This document shows, piece after piece, positions 10,795-22,600 of a DNA stretch of 64,000 nucleotides (its first letter is position 1; each line of letters starts with the position of its first letter). Source of the DNA: Pirellulaceae bacterium (lineage in GTDB: Bacteria; Planctomycetota; Planctomycetia; Pirellulales; Pirellulaceae); NCBI GenBank assembly GCA_963697195.1, contig CAVOND010000009.1, positions 263,821-327,820 on the forward strand, given 5' to 3'. Made by a program: the position numbers and the translations under genes. Below the pieces are notes generated by a model. The model was not told the DNA's origin, ran no database searches, and saw only the letters and a program-made list of their open reading frames with translations.

Positions 10795-11469
10795 ATGAAA
10801 TTGATCGTTGGACTTGGGAATCCGGGTCGTCGCTACGAGCAAAGTCGTCACAACATCGGGTTCATGGTGGCTGCCAGGGTCGCGAAGCAGATCGGTGCCG
10901 ATTCCGTCAAGACTCGTTTTGAGGGTGAGGTCGCGGAGGGGGCGGTGGCTGAAAAGCTGGTCGTGTTGTGTCCTCAGACCTACATGAATGCCAGCGGAAA
11001 AAGCGTGCGGAAAGCATGCGATTTCTATAAACTGTCCCCCGAGGATGTCTTGGTCGTCTGTGACGATCTCGACTTGCCATCCGGGCGACTGCGTTTTCGA
11101 GCGTCGGGTTCGGCGGGCGGACAAAAAGGATTAGCGGACATCATTCGACACCTGGGGACCGACCAAGTCGCCAGGTTGCGGATCGGGATCGATCGGCCGC
11201 CGGCAGGCTGGGATCCCGCGGATTATGTCCTCGGGAAATTCGCTCCGGAGGAGCAGGAAAAAATTGAACCGGCGATCAGCTTGGCGGCCCAGGCCGCTAT
11301 CGACTGGTCGACGCAGGGAATCGGATTTGTAATGAATCGTTACAACGCCGATTCCTCGTCGGAGAAGAAGAAGAACAAGAAGAACGACAGGAGCAAGGCG
11401 GGAACGAAGGAAGCGACGAAGTCGGAACCAGCGCCGTCCGATGCCGAAGTGAGTTCCCGCGAGGATTGA
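10795..11469 (+). CDS. pth: Peptidyl-tRNA hydrolase
   Basis: MKLIVGLGNPG...RHNIGF, PQTYMNASG, DDLDLP, RLRIGI. Confidence 0.96.
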   Translation: MKLIVGLGNPGRRYEQSRHNIGFMVAARVAKQIGADSVKTRFEGEVAEGAVAEKLVVLCPQTYMNASGKSVRKACDFYKLSPEDVLVVCDDLDLPSGRLRFRASGSAGGQKGLADIIRHLGTDQVARLRIGIDRPPAGWDPADYVLGKFAPEEQEKIEPAISLAAQAAIDWSTQGIGFVMNRYNADSSSEKKKNKKNDRSKAGTKEATKSEPAPSDAEVSSRED

Positions 11470-11530
11470 ACCCCCCCACATACTGAATTCAGACACACTA
11501 CGAATTCGAAAACTGAGAGACCTACGAAAC

Positions 11531-11950
11531 GTGGCAAAGAACACTTACGAAACGCTTTTGATTCTGGACAGCAACCAGTACGCTCGCGACCCGGGTGGAT
11601 TGAGCAAGACGATCGGCGACCTGGTCGCTGCCGCTGGCGGTAACGTTTTGGTCAATCGCTTGTGGATGGAGCAGAAGTTGGCTTATCCAATCGATAAGCA
11701 TCAGAAAGGGACCTACTGGCTGACCTACTTCGAGCTCGATGGGCCCGACATGCCGAAGATCGACCGAGCCTTGGCCCTCTGCGAGCCGGTGCTCCGTCAC
11801 ATGACGATCAAGTTGGAGCCTCGTCTGATTGAGCCGATTTTGGCCAATGCTCGAGGCGAGTCGGTTCGTGTCTCCTCGCATGCCGACACCAGCGAAGCGG
11901 TGGACGACGAGGATGCGGACATCGATGAAGAAGTCGCGGTCGAGGCCTAA
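11531..11950 (+). CDS. rpsF: 30S ribosomal protein S6
   Basis: YETLLILD...KLAYPIDKHQKGTY...VLRHM. Confidence 0.93.
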   Translation: MAKNTYETLLILDSNQYARDPGGLSKTIGDLVAAAGGNVLVNRLWMEQKLAYPIDKHQKGTYWLTYFELDGPDMPKIDRALALCEPVLRHMTIKLEPRLIEPILANARGESVRVSSHADTSEAVDDEDADIDEEVAVEA

Positions 11951-12000
11951 CGGTCCGCCGCTCTAGTTTGCTTCAAGCGTAAAGAAAGCGGAGTGTTTTC

Positions 12001-12482
12001 ATGGCTAGTTTCAACCGCGTCATTCTGGTCGGGAATCTGACACGGGATATCGAGTTGAAATACACGCCCGGTGGAACCGCGGTCACCGATATCGGGATGG
12101 CGGTCAATGACCGTCGCAAGAACGCCAGTGGTGAATGGGTCGACGAAACGACGTTTGTGGATGTGACCCTGTGGGGGCGGACGGCAGAGGTCGCCAGTGA
12201 ATACCTGGGCAAAGGTTCACCGATTCTGGTCGAAGGCCGCTTGAAACTCGATAGCTGGGAAACCGACGGACAGAAGCGGAGCAAGTTGCGCGTGGTTTGC
12301 GAACGCATGCAGATGCTCGGCGGCGGCCCGGCCTCGGGAGGACCTGCAGGAGGTCGTCCGCGGCCTGCCAGCGTGGATCATTCGAACGACTACGAAAGCA
12401 TGCACGACGACAGTCCTGGGCAACGCGAGACGCAGCCCACCGGGGCGGTCCCGGATACGACGACCCTGATATCCCGTTCTGA
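12001..12482 (+). CDS. ssb: Single-stranded DNA-binding protein (indel near C-terminus)
   Basis: [19 protein letters not shown]...[11 protein letters not shown]; C-terminal DDPDIPF in an alternate frame. Confidence 0.95.
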
Positions 12483-12562
12483 GCGGCGTTCCGTCGTGAC
12501 GGGCCGAAACAACAACACACTTACCAGAACCTCACATTTTTGCATCCACACAGAGCGAATCG

Positions 12563-13108
12563 ATGACAGGGACAACCACGCGGCGCAAACAAAACCGATT
12601 GTTCAAGCGTCTTCCCAAGGGAAAGAACGGCGGCATTCAGCTGCTGCTGATCCACAACGTGGAACATCTCGGCAAGCAGGGCGACATCGTCGAGGTCAAA
12701 TCGGGATACGCGCTGAACTACCTCCTTCCCCAAGGTCTCGCGACCGTCGCGACCGACCACCACATGCGGATGGTCGATAAGCACCGCGAAAAGCTTCGCG
12801 CCATCGAACTGGAGAAGCTGAGCGAGTACCGAGTCCAGGCCGAAGAGTTGGGCAAGCAATCGATCACGATCGAAGCCAATGCCAACGATGAAGGTCACCT
12901 GTACGGCAGCGTCGGGGCTCACGAGATCGTCGACGGTCTGAAGGCCGCCGGTTTCTCACTGGCTCAGGACCAGATTCGTCTGGAGGGGCCGTTGAAGGAG
13001 CTCGGGCTGTACACCGTCAAGATCCACTTGCACAGCGAAGTGGATGCCAGCGTCAAGGTCTGGGTGGTGCCGACCGTGACGGGCGAGGAAGCGGGCGGCG
13101 GAGCTTAG
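12563..13108 (+). CDS. rplI: 50S ribosomal protein L9
   Basis: [25 protein letters not shown]; LYGSV; PLKELG. Confidence 0.96.
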   Translation: MTGTTTRRKQNRLFKRLPKGKNGGIQLLLIHNVEHLGKQGDIVEVKSGYALNYLLPQGLATVATDHHMRMVDKHREKLRAIELEKLSEYRVQAEELGKQSITIEANANDEGHLYGSVGAHEIVDGLKAAGFSLAQDQIRLEGPLKELGLYTVKIHLHSEVDASVKVWVVPTVTGEEAGGGA

Positions 13109-13321
13109 CCGAACAGGGCCGCGCCGCGTCTTGATCGTCGAGGAGTCTCTCGAGTTTTGGTTCCCTGGGTAGCCACTGCGCAGCGCCACTGCGCGGGACA
13201 GGCTTCGGAGCCGGCATAATCGGACGATTTCCTGAATCATCGGCGTCGGAGAGACCCGCAGCCGATTGCAAACAGGGGGGGTGGGACGCCACTCCCTGCG
13301 TTGTCTCGATCATGGCAACGA

Positions 13322-13360
13322 GACAGGGGCCTCGATGCCCGTGAGGCCCCTGTCATTTTT
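13322..13360 (+). terminator. Intrinsic terminator after rplI
   Basis: GACAGGGGCCTC...GAGGCCCCTGTC stem followed by ATTTTTT. Confidence 0.7.
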
Positions 13361-13397
13361 CACTAGTGCAGCGTCAGCACTTCGTTTGAGGGTTGCT

Positions 13398-13602
13398 GGC
13401 GAAAAGGGGTCAGCACGAATGGCACGACTTAGGTTGTCTCAGTGAACCTCGGGCTAGCCGTGGGCCTTCGCCGCATCCTAACGACGTTTTCTTCGCCCAC
13501 GGCTAGCGCCGAGGTTCAAAGCCCGTGCCATTCGGGTCAGACACGAAGACCGGAACGGCCCGAAGGGTGCTTCGCTTTTTTTGCGTCTGACCCCTTTTCG
13601 CC
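13398..13602. repeat. Host palindromic repeat A (GGCGAAAAGGGGTCAGACAC...GTCTGACCCCTTTTCGCC) interrupted by a MITE-like element
   Basis: Arms match the uninterrupted copy at 58276-58354. Confidence 0.85.
13417..13533. mobile_element. MITE-like element B, copy 1 (GAATGGCAC...GTGCCATTC termini)
   Basis: 9-10 bp terminal inverted repeats, flanking duplication GGGTCAG(A)CAC, no ORF. Confidence 0.75.
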
Positions 13603-13765
13603 GATCGACGTCACCCCCAATTTTAGATTTGACGATGCACGAGTCGCCGGAGCCCGACTTCGGAAGCGACCGGATCGTTCGCCTTGAGCGGCTAATTCTC
13701 CATGTCCTCTAGGACTTCCGGGCAACTGGGGTACACTCTCGACACCGAATCCTCAGGGAGGAAGC

Positions 13766-13847
13766 GGGGCTGTGGCGGAACTGGCAGACGCGCTAGATTT
13801 AGGATCTAGTTCCTTCGGGAGTGCAGGTTCGATTCCTGTCAGCCCTA
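13766..13847 (+). tRNA. tRNA-Leu (anticodon TAG)
   Basis: GGGGCTG/CAGCCCT acceptor stem, D-loop GGCAGACG, anticodon arm CTAGA-TTTAGGA-TCTAG, long variable arm, GGTTCGATTCC T-arm; CCA not encoded. Confidence 0.96.
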
Positions 13848-14312
13848 CTTGCTTTTGGGGATCTCGGTTGGCGAGGCCACGATCAAGGGTGTGGGCTTGT
13901 CGTCATTGACCATCCGACGGCAGGCCAATACATTTAGCCCCCAAAAGACGTGTTTTTGGGCTGCATTTGTGATCGTTGGTCACATTGATTTGCTTCTCAT
14001 CGCGCAGTTTTGGATCCGACATCCCGAGTGGATGATGCGCGGGTGATCGAGAGCCCGAGTCTCACGCCTGCGGTCGACATCGACCTTGCGAATCTGCGGA
14101 AACAGGTTGCCACAGCCTGATTGCCGGTGCAGCAAGCGATCTCGGTGTCGTTAGCGATCCTGGTGCAGCGAACGAGTTTTTGATCGCTGACACTTGGCTT
14201 GTGGTGCACGACTGTGACCAAGCGACAACCATCCAACTCCAATCCAAACCATTCCCAACCACCCCTCCCGAACTGAACCCATTTAGGGCATTCCCAGAGA
14301 GAAACGAACGTC

Positions 14313-16958
14313 ATGGCAACAACAAAGATGGTGTACTACTTCGGTAAGAATAAGACCGAAGGCAAAGGCAAGAGCAAAGCATTGCTTGGAGGAAAAGGGG
14401 TCAATCTCGCGGAGATGACCAGCATTGGCTTGCCGGTGCCTCCAGGGTTCACCATCACCACCGAGGTCTGCGATGCCTATTACAAGGCTGGCAAGAAACT
14501 GCCCGCGGAGTTGATGGACCAGGTCAACAAGGTGGTCGCGACGCTTGAGAAGGAACTGGGCAAGAAGTTTGGTGACGACGCCAATCCGTTGCTGGTCAGC
14601 GTTCGCAGTGGTGCTGCGGTTTCGATGCCCGGGATGATGAACACCATTTTGAACTTGGGCTTGAATGACCAGGCGACCGAGGGCTTGGCCAAGGCGACCA
14701 AGAATGAGCGATTCGCCTACGACGCCTATCGCCGCTTGATCAACATGTTTGGCGACGTGGTGATGGGAATCGATCACCATTCCTTCGAAGAAGCCTTCGA
14801 CAAGGTCAAGAAGCAGTACAAGGTCAGCGAAGATACCGACGTGCCTGCCGAAGGTCTCAAGAAGCTTTGTGAGGACTACAAGGCCGTTTACAAGAAGCAT
14901 ACCGGCGAGGATTTCCCGCAAGACCCGATGCGGCAATTGCAGTTGTCGATCGAGGCCGTGTTCGGATCGTGGAATACCACGCGAGCCGTTCGTTATCGCG
15001 AGATCGAAGGCATTCGCGGATTGCTCGGTACCGCCGTCAACGTGCAGTCGATGGTCTACGGCAACATGGGCGATGACTCGGGTACGGGCGTTGCCTTCAC
15101 GCGAAATCCCAACACCGGCGAGAACAAGTTCTTTGGCGAGTTCCTGGTCAACGCTCAAGGCGAAGACGTGGTGGCGGGGATTCGTACTCCGCAGCCGGTT
15201 GCCGAAATGCCCAAGTGGAACAAGGACGTCTACAAGGAATTGTTGGCGATCAAGAAGACGCTGGAAGATCACTACAAGGAGATGCAGGACATCGAGTTCA
15301 CGATCGAACGTGGCACGCTGTTCATGCTGCAGACCCGAACGGGCAAGCGAACCGGCGTTGCCGCCGTCAAGATCGCCTGCGACATGGTCAAGGAAGGCTT
15401 GATCGATCAGAAGGAAGCCGTGCTTCGCGTTCCCGCGAACGACTTGACTCAGCTGCTGCTGCCCAGTTTCAAGCCGACCGCCCGCAATGCCGCGGACGTG
15501 CTGACCCGTGGCCTGCCCGCTTCACCGGGTGCCGCGGTCGGCAAGCTCTCCTTCACCGCCGAAGATGCCCGAGCGCGAAAGGAAGCCGGGGAAAGTGTGA
15601 TCCTGGTTCGCAAAGAAACCAGCCCCGAAGACGTCGACGGAATGAATGCGGCCGAAGGGATCCTCACCAGCACCGGTGGCATGACGAGCCACGCGGCGGT
15701 GGTGGCTCGCGGCTGGGGCAAGTGCTGCGTGGCCGGAGCCGGCGAGATTGAAATCGATGAGAAGACGCGAAAGATCAAAGTCGGCGGCCGAACGTTCACC
15801 GAAAAGGATGTGATCAGCCTGGACGGGACCACCGGCGAAGTGATGTCGGGCGAAGTCGAAACCCAAGAGCCAAAGCTCTCGGGCGACTTCGCGAAGCTGA
15901 TGAAGTGGGCCGACGAATACCGCACCTTGGCGGTTCGCACCAACGCCGATTCGCCAACCGACAGCAAGCGAGCACGCGAGTTCGGGGCGCAAGGCATCGG
16001 GCTGTGTCGAACCGAACACATGTTCTTCGAGCCGGACCGAATCATTCACATGCGTTCGATGATTCTTGGCTGACAACGAAGCGGATCGTCGAGCCGCTCT
16101 CAAGAAGCTCTTGCCGTTCCAACGCAAAGATTTCGAAGGCATCTTCAAGGCGATGGACGGGCTGCCCGTGACGATTCGTTTGCTTGACCCGCCGCTGCAC
16201 GAGTTTCTGCCGCACGATGCAGCGGCCCAGAAGGCGATGGCAGAGGAACTCGGCGTCAAGCCCGCCGACATCGTCAAGCGTGCCGCCGCGCTGCATGAGG
16301 CCAATCCAATGCTTGGTCATCGCGGTTGCCGCTTGAGTGTCACCTACCCTGAAATCCTGGAGATGCAGGTGCGGGCGATTGTCGAAGCCGCGATCAACTG
16401 CGCCGCGAAGAAGATCAAGGCTCAGCCCGAGATCATGATTCCGCTGGTCGGCACCGCGAGCGAATTGGCGTCGCTTCGCGACCAAGGTCGAGAACACGAT
16501 CGAGGAAACCAAGGCGGCCAAGAAGTTCACCGGCAAGCTTGATATCCTGATCGGCACCATGATCGAGATTCCCGCGTGCGGCTCTGACCGCCGACGCGAT
16601 CGCGGAGTATGCCGACTTCTTCAGCTTCGGTACCAATGACTTGACGCAGATGACGTTTGGCTACAGCCGCGACGACGTCAACACGTTCTTGCCTGATTAC
16701 CTTGCGCAGGACATTCTTCACGTGGACCCCTTCCAGTCGCTTGACCAAACCGGCGTGGGACAACTTGTCGAGATGGGTGTGAAGAAGGGTCGCAGCACCA
16801 AGCCGAAGTTGAAGGTTGGGATCTGCGGCGAACATGGCGGCGATCCTTCCTCGATCGACTTCTGTCATCGAGTCGGACTGGACTACGTCAGTTGCAGCCC
16901 TTTCCGTGTGCCGATCGCTCGCTTGGCTGCCGCTCAGGCGGCCCTGCGGAACGCCTAG
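14313..16958 (+). CDS. ppdK: Pyruvate, phosphate dikinase (split by indels)
   Basis: [32 protein letters not shown] phospho-His motif, [29 protein letters not shown]. Confidence 0.97.
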
Positions 16959-17070
16959 GCTTCGAACGCGCTCTACGATCCTGCGTGTCGGCCGAATCTC
17001 CCGGTTCGGCCGACATGCCGCTTCACGGTCCCCCGCTTCCTCCTGTTTCTTCTCCTCGAAGGTCTTTCCG

Positions 17071-17406
17071 ATGAGCGACTTGCACGCCCGTTACAACGAA
17101 GTCGAACGGTTGATCGACGAGGAGAAATTCGAGGAGGCCATTGAGGGTTTGAAGCAGATCGTGGAGGAGGACGATGCCTTCGTGCTCGCCCATCTGGCTC
17201 TGTCGCGGGTTTACACCAAGACCGGCCAGCATGATCTGGCGATCCAACACGGCGTGAAGGCTTGTGAACTGGAGCCCAGTGACTCGTTCAACTTCACCGC
17301 CTTGAGTGTGACCTACCAGCGTGCCTGGGCCGGCACTCAGGATCAGCAGTACATCGCCAAGGCCGAAGAGGCGATGGCCCGAGCTCAAATGCTGGCCCAG
17401 CAGTGA
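17071..17406 (+). CDS. Small TPR-like protein
   Basis: Helical repeats: LAHLALSRVYTKTGQHDLAIQHGVKACELEP. Confidence 0.75.
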   Translation: MSDLHARYNEVERLIDEEKFEEAIEGLKQIVEEDDAFVLAHLALSRVYTKTGQHDLAIQHGVKACELEPSDSFNFTALSVTYQRAWAGTQDQQYIAKAEEAMARAQMLAQQ

Positions 17407-17450
17407 ACGCCCCAGGTTCGGGAAAAGGTTCGGGCAAAGGGTCGGGAAAT

Positions 17451-17689
17451 AGGGGTCAGACACGAATAGCACGGGCTTTGAACCTCGGCGCTAGCCGTGG
17501 GCGAAGAAAGAAAACGTCGTTAGGATGCGGCGAAGGCCCACGGCTAGCGCCGAGGTTCAGCTGAGACAACCTAAGTTCGTGCCATTCGGGTCAGACACCA
17601 AAAGCCCAGACACCAAAAGCCGGAACGGCCCTTCGGGTGCTTTGCACTTTTGGTGTCTGGCACTTTTGGTGTCTGACCCCTTTTTCCCC
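17451..17689. repeat. Host repeat A, second interrupted copy with duplicated inner arms
   Basis: GGGGTCAGACAC...GGTGTCTGACCCCTTTT; CAGACACCAAAAGCC and GCACTTTTGGTGTCTG are each doubled. Confidence 0.85.
17464..17587. mobile_element. MITE-like element B, copy 2 (inverted relative to copy 1)
   Basis: GAATAGCAC...GTGCCATTC termini, perfect GGGTCAGACAC duplication on both sides. Confidence 0.78.
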
Positions 17690-17929
17690 GTGCCCACTGC
17701 CCCCTGCCCGACTGCCCAGCTGCCCAGCCGCTGCCCAGCTGATACCCCCACCTTATCCCTCCTAATTTCCCTCCTCAGCGAGCTTCGCCCGCCGTTTTTA
17801 CCGACTATTACAGCTCTGTTACATCGCGGACCCCAATTGGTGACAGAGCTGGGAGGCAGTTTCGATACACTTCTGGCGTTGATTGTCGGCAGGGGATGCT
17901 GACCAGCCCATTCGCTTCCAGGAACACTC

Positions 17930-18922
17930 ATGTCAACCGTAACTGCCCCTCCGAATACCCACCATCCACGCCCTCATGCCCGACCGTCCGATGCGCGATG
18001 CGGCAGAGAGCCGACCTCGCAAGAAAGATGTCGGTCCCACCGCCGAAGAGCGTCGCCGTCGCAACAACCTGAGCTATTGGGCGATCGGCTGGCTCGACGC
18101 TCGCCCACGTGGTCGTCTTGGCCGCTCCCTTTACCTTTACCTGGACCGGCTTGATCGTCGCTCTGGTGCTGCACTGGTTCACCGGAAGCCTGGGCATTTG
18201 CCTGGGATATCACCGGCTTTTGACCCATACCGGGATGAAGACCTACAACTGGGTTCGCTACCTGTTTGCCTCGATCGGCATGCTCGCCGGCGAGGGAACG
18301 CCCTTGGACTGGGTTGCCGATCACCGCAAGCATCACGCCTGCAGCGACCAGGAAGGCGATCCCCATTCACCGCATGACGGTGGCTGGTGGAGCCATATTT
18401 TCTGGTTGGCCTATCACACCCACAACGGCGACCGCACCGCCTACCTGCAAGCGTTGGGTGCCCGATCTGTACAAGGAGCCGGGAATGCGTCGCATGGATT
18501 GGATGTTCTTGCCGGCTCATATCCTGGTCGGCGTGATCCTGTTCGCCGTCGGTTATTGGTTTGGCGGCGTCGAACTCGGCACGTCGCTGGTGGTGTGGGG
18601 GATGTTTGTCCGCTTGGTGACCGTGCTCCACGCGACCTGGTTGGTCAACAGCGCTTCGCACATGTGGGGCTACAAGAACTACGAAACCACCGACGACAGC
18701 CGCAACAACTGGTTGGTGGCGATCGTTGCCTACGGCGAAGGCTGGCACAATAACCATCACGCCTATCCACGGATGGCCAAGCACGGACACAAGTGGTGGG
18801 AATTTGATATCACCTGGCAGGCCATCCGATTGTTGCGAGCCACGGGGTTGGCCTGGGATGTGGTCGACTACCGAACGGCTGCCGAAAAGAAGGCCGGGGA
18901 AGAAGCACGAGAAGCTGCCTAG
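17930..18922 (+). CDS. Delta-9-type fatty acid desaturase (split by indels)
   Basis: Three His boxes HRLLTH, HRKHH and GEGWHNNHH; WWEFD. Confidence 0.9.
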
Positions 18923-18964
18923 CTCTCTGGGAATAGCGGGATTCCGCGATGCGTCAATCGCCAT

Positions 18965-18995
18965 GGCCAGCCTCTTGAAGGCTGGCCTTTTTTTT
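18965..18995 (+). terminator. Intrinsic terminator after desaturase
   Basis: GGCCAGCC-TCTTGAA-GGCTGGCC followed by a T8 tract. Confidence 0.8.
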
Positions 18996-19038
18996 GCGCG
19001 GGGCTGTCAATCGACTATTTGGACAGCGCTACTTTGCT

Positions 19039-19185
19039 GTAGGGCGGTCTCTCCGAGACCGTCATTCCTCGCGGCTTTGCCGCGAAAACTCCGAGCCTGG
19101 GAGAGACTCGGCTACAGGGCGCGAGCCGTCCGGTCTCGACCGCAAAATCACAGGGAAGAACCGGATCGCTCGCCCCCTTCCGCTA
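19039..19185. repeat. GTAG-type REP doublet followed by a family D repeat
   Basis: GTAGGGCGGTCTCTCCGAGACCG...GAGAGACTCGGCTAC, then GCGAGCCGTCCGG...CCGGATCGCTCGC. Confidence 0.75.
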
Positions 19186-19606
19186 GAAACAGCCGCCCCG
19201 ATTGGTCGCAAAGGAGACGGATTGGACTCGCGCCTAGCGGTTCGACCATCGAACTGGACGCCGATAGCAATTGCAAAAACACGCTAGCAATTCGAACGGA
19301 AAAGAAAAAGTTTCTTCGACTCTGGGCTAGATCACTGTTGACACGCCCCTTCGAAACTGACTATTTCCCGAACGAACCAGATTCCTTGCCGCCCTTATCG
19401 ACACGATAGGTCCGTTTCAGCACCATGGAAGTGCGTCGACGCGGGTGGCAAGGAGAGATCAGGAAAACGAAGGCTGATACATCGGCCAAGCGTGGGAAGC
19501 CCGTTCCCGCCGCAGTCGCTCTCGCAAGAAAGACGAGAGCGCGAAAGCGGTTTGGATTGGTGACCGCGTTATTCAAGAAGTCTCACCGCGAAGAAGGAGA
19601 GTCGCG

Positions 19607-22600
19607 TTGAATCGCCTCGTACCCGCACACGGTTGCCGTGTCGTCTGTGTTGGCCTAGCCTGGATGCTGGCCGCATCGGACGTATCAGCCCAAAATTCCA
19701 GCCCATCGGTGCCTGCTACGCCGTCGTTCGCGACGACCGGCTTCGGCACCGGCAGCTGCCAAGCTCTGCATCCGGCGAGCAAGTCCTTGCTCAAGTCCGC
19801 GACGCGATTGCCAACAAGGACTACCACACGGCGGTACAGTCCTTCCGGGTGGCAGCTGAATTCGCCAAGACTTCGCCGCAGTACGCCGGCGCCGTCGAAA
19901 AGCTTCGGGCACAGTTGCAGGGAATCGGCATCGACGCCGCCCTGTTGGCGATGCCCTCCGCCTCGAGTCGACTGCCCGTGCAGCGGCTTGGCGAGGTGGA
20001 CGGAGCCCAGCCGATTTCCGCGGCCAACCTGGCAACCCCCGAGAGCTCGCAAGCGAGAAGCACTCCGCTTGGTTGCCATCGGACGAGCGGCCTTGGATCG
20101 AGGCGACATCACGCACCGCATTGACGATTGCGAGACAGGCCGAGTCGCTGAAGGTTCCTGAAAAGGACTTCGCGGCCGGCGAACCTCGCGTCTGGCAGTT
20201 GCTGCTCGATGCCGAATCGGCGGCACGTCGCAGTGGCATCGCCTTGACCTCGGGAATCGAGGGTGACTCGGGCCTGCGGGCGGCGTGCAGCCTGCGTATG
20301 GCGACCGCTTCGAACAACGAATCGGATACCGTCGCCCAGATGTTGTTCGCCGGAGACATGGACAGCTTCGGGACAGCCGCAGAGCCAGATTCAACAGGTC
20401 CAAGCGATCGCCGCTCTGCCCTACGACCGACCCGAACTACGCCGACCGAATGTATCGGGAAGGCATCGACGCGCTGGGCCAAGGCGATTCGGCGACGGCA
20501 CGTGAAAGATTCAAGGAAGCTTGGGCACATCAAGAGGATCTTGATCCGGCGACACGCAATCAGCTCAAGGACAAACTGACGCTGTTGCAGCCGAAGCGAT
20601 TGCCGGTCAATCCGAACGCAATCGCCGAGCAGCTGACGCCGATTCAAAAGGCGGAGCTCGAAGCTCAAGAAAAGACTCGTCGACTGTTCCGCGAAGTCAC
20701 TGCGGAGCTCGCCAAGACCGAACAGAGCCAAGACCACCGCTCCGTTGGACGTCCTGGACGAGCTCGAGCGACTCCGCCGACGCGTTGACGGAGCCGATGT
20801 CGATGACCAGGCCAAGCGATCGATCGCCTTGATGGTGGATCGTTCGATCACCGAGCAGAAGAAGTACATCGATGCCAACCGCGCCAAGATCGATCTCGAT
20901 CTCCAGAACGATGCGGTTCGTGCTGAGATGGCGACTGAACAGGCAAGAGACTGCACGCGTCGACGAAGAAATCTCAGCGTTGGTCAACACCTTCAATGGC
21001 CTGGTCCAGGAGCGTCGCTTTCAAGAAGCGGAGGTGATTGCCAAGCAGGTCCAAGAGCTCAAGCCCGACGATCCGATTGCTGTCAGCATGTTCCACACCA
21101 GCCGGATGGGAACACGTTTGCTGATGGATGAAGAGGTCCGGGACGCGAAGGAACTGATGTTCGTCGACAGCCTGATCGATGTCGATCGATCCGCGATCGG
21201 CATCAATCCGAACTTGCCGATGACGTTACCCGAAGCCCAGGACTGGGAAGCACTTTCGCGACGTCGACTGCGATCGCTCAACGATGGTGACTCGCGACTC
21301 AGCGCAGCAGAGCAACAGATTCAGCAGAAGCTGATGAGTGAAGTGAACGTCAAGTACACCAACCGCTCCTTGAGTGAAGTGCTCAATGAATTGTCGGCGG
21401 TGACAGGTGTTCCGGTCGTCATCGACGAACGGGCCCTCAGTGCGGTGCGAGTCACGCCGGAAACGCCCGTGACACTCGAATTGCCCGACAGCATCAAGCT
21501 CAAGAGTGCTTTGAACTTGATCCTGAACAAGATGGAACTGACGTACGTGATCGAGAACGACGTGCTTTCGATCACCAGTATGGAAGCGAAACGCAGCAAG
21601 GTTTATCCGAGGACCTATCGCGTGACCGACCTGGTCACTCCGATTCCGAACTTTACCAGCAGCTATGAAGATGGATTGGCCGGAGCTCTCCGTGCGGCCT
21701 ACCAGATCTCCAATCCTCAAGCCGACGTCCAGGTGGTGCCGGTATCGATGACGGATCTGGGGACCGGCATGGCCAAGAACTGCCATGCCTGGCGCGATGA
21801 ATCCCGACGTGCTTGGCCAGTACAACTCGATGGGAGCACAAGGTGGTTTCGGACTCAATAATCCTCCCTCCTCCGCTGGCGGCGGTGGCTCGTTCGCAGA
21901 CTTCCAGTCGCTGATCGACCTGATTCAAACCACGGTCGTTCCGGATACTTGGGAAGCACTCGGCGGTCCGAGCACGATGGCCCCTTATCCGCAGAACCTG
22001 AGCCTTGTGATCAGCACGACCAGTGACGTTCACGACCAGATCACTGATTTGCTCGAGTCGCTTCGCCGGTTGCAAAACCTTCAGATCACGATTGAGGTTC
22101 GCTTCATCACCCTGGCTGATAGTTTTGCCGAGCAAATCGGAGTCGACTTCCAGGTGAAGTTTGACGACAACGTCGCGAATCTGCCCTATGACGATGAAGG
22201 CCCGAGTGTTGTGGTCGGCTGGGACGGCATTGCCGCCCTGCCAACGGCCGACTTGGACATTCGCCTGCAAAACGGTAGCTTTGGTTTGACGCCACCGTTC
22301 GGTGCCGCAGGATTGGGAACGCCATCAACGATCGGCTTCGCCATCCTCAGCGACATCGAGGCGTTCTTCTTCCTGCAGGCCGCGCAGTCGGACAACCGAA
22401 GCAATGTCATGCAGGCTCCGAAGGTCACGCTGTTTGACGGTCAGTTCGCCACGATCAGTGACCAGACGCAGCGGCCGTTCGTGATCAGTATCACGCCGGT
22501 TGTCGGTGACTTCGCCGTCGCCCAACAGCCCGTGATCGTGGTCTTGAACGAAGGCACGCAGTTGAATGTGCAAGGGATTGTCAGCGATGACAAACGGTTC

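Noticed and set aside
14229-14282. C/A-rich tract upstream of ppdK
   Set aside because: No regular period or structure; probably just an unstructured leader.
13766-14312. tRNA-Leu as an integration site for a genomic island
   Set aside because: No integrase and no duplicated tRNA 3' end was seen; the next gene is housekeeping ppdK.
13398-17689. The two composite repeats as ends of a transposon carrying tRNA-Leu and ppdK
   Set aside because: No transposase is present and no outer target duplication was seen; each locus is explained as an independent insertion into a dispersed repeat.
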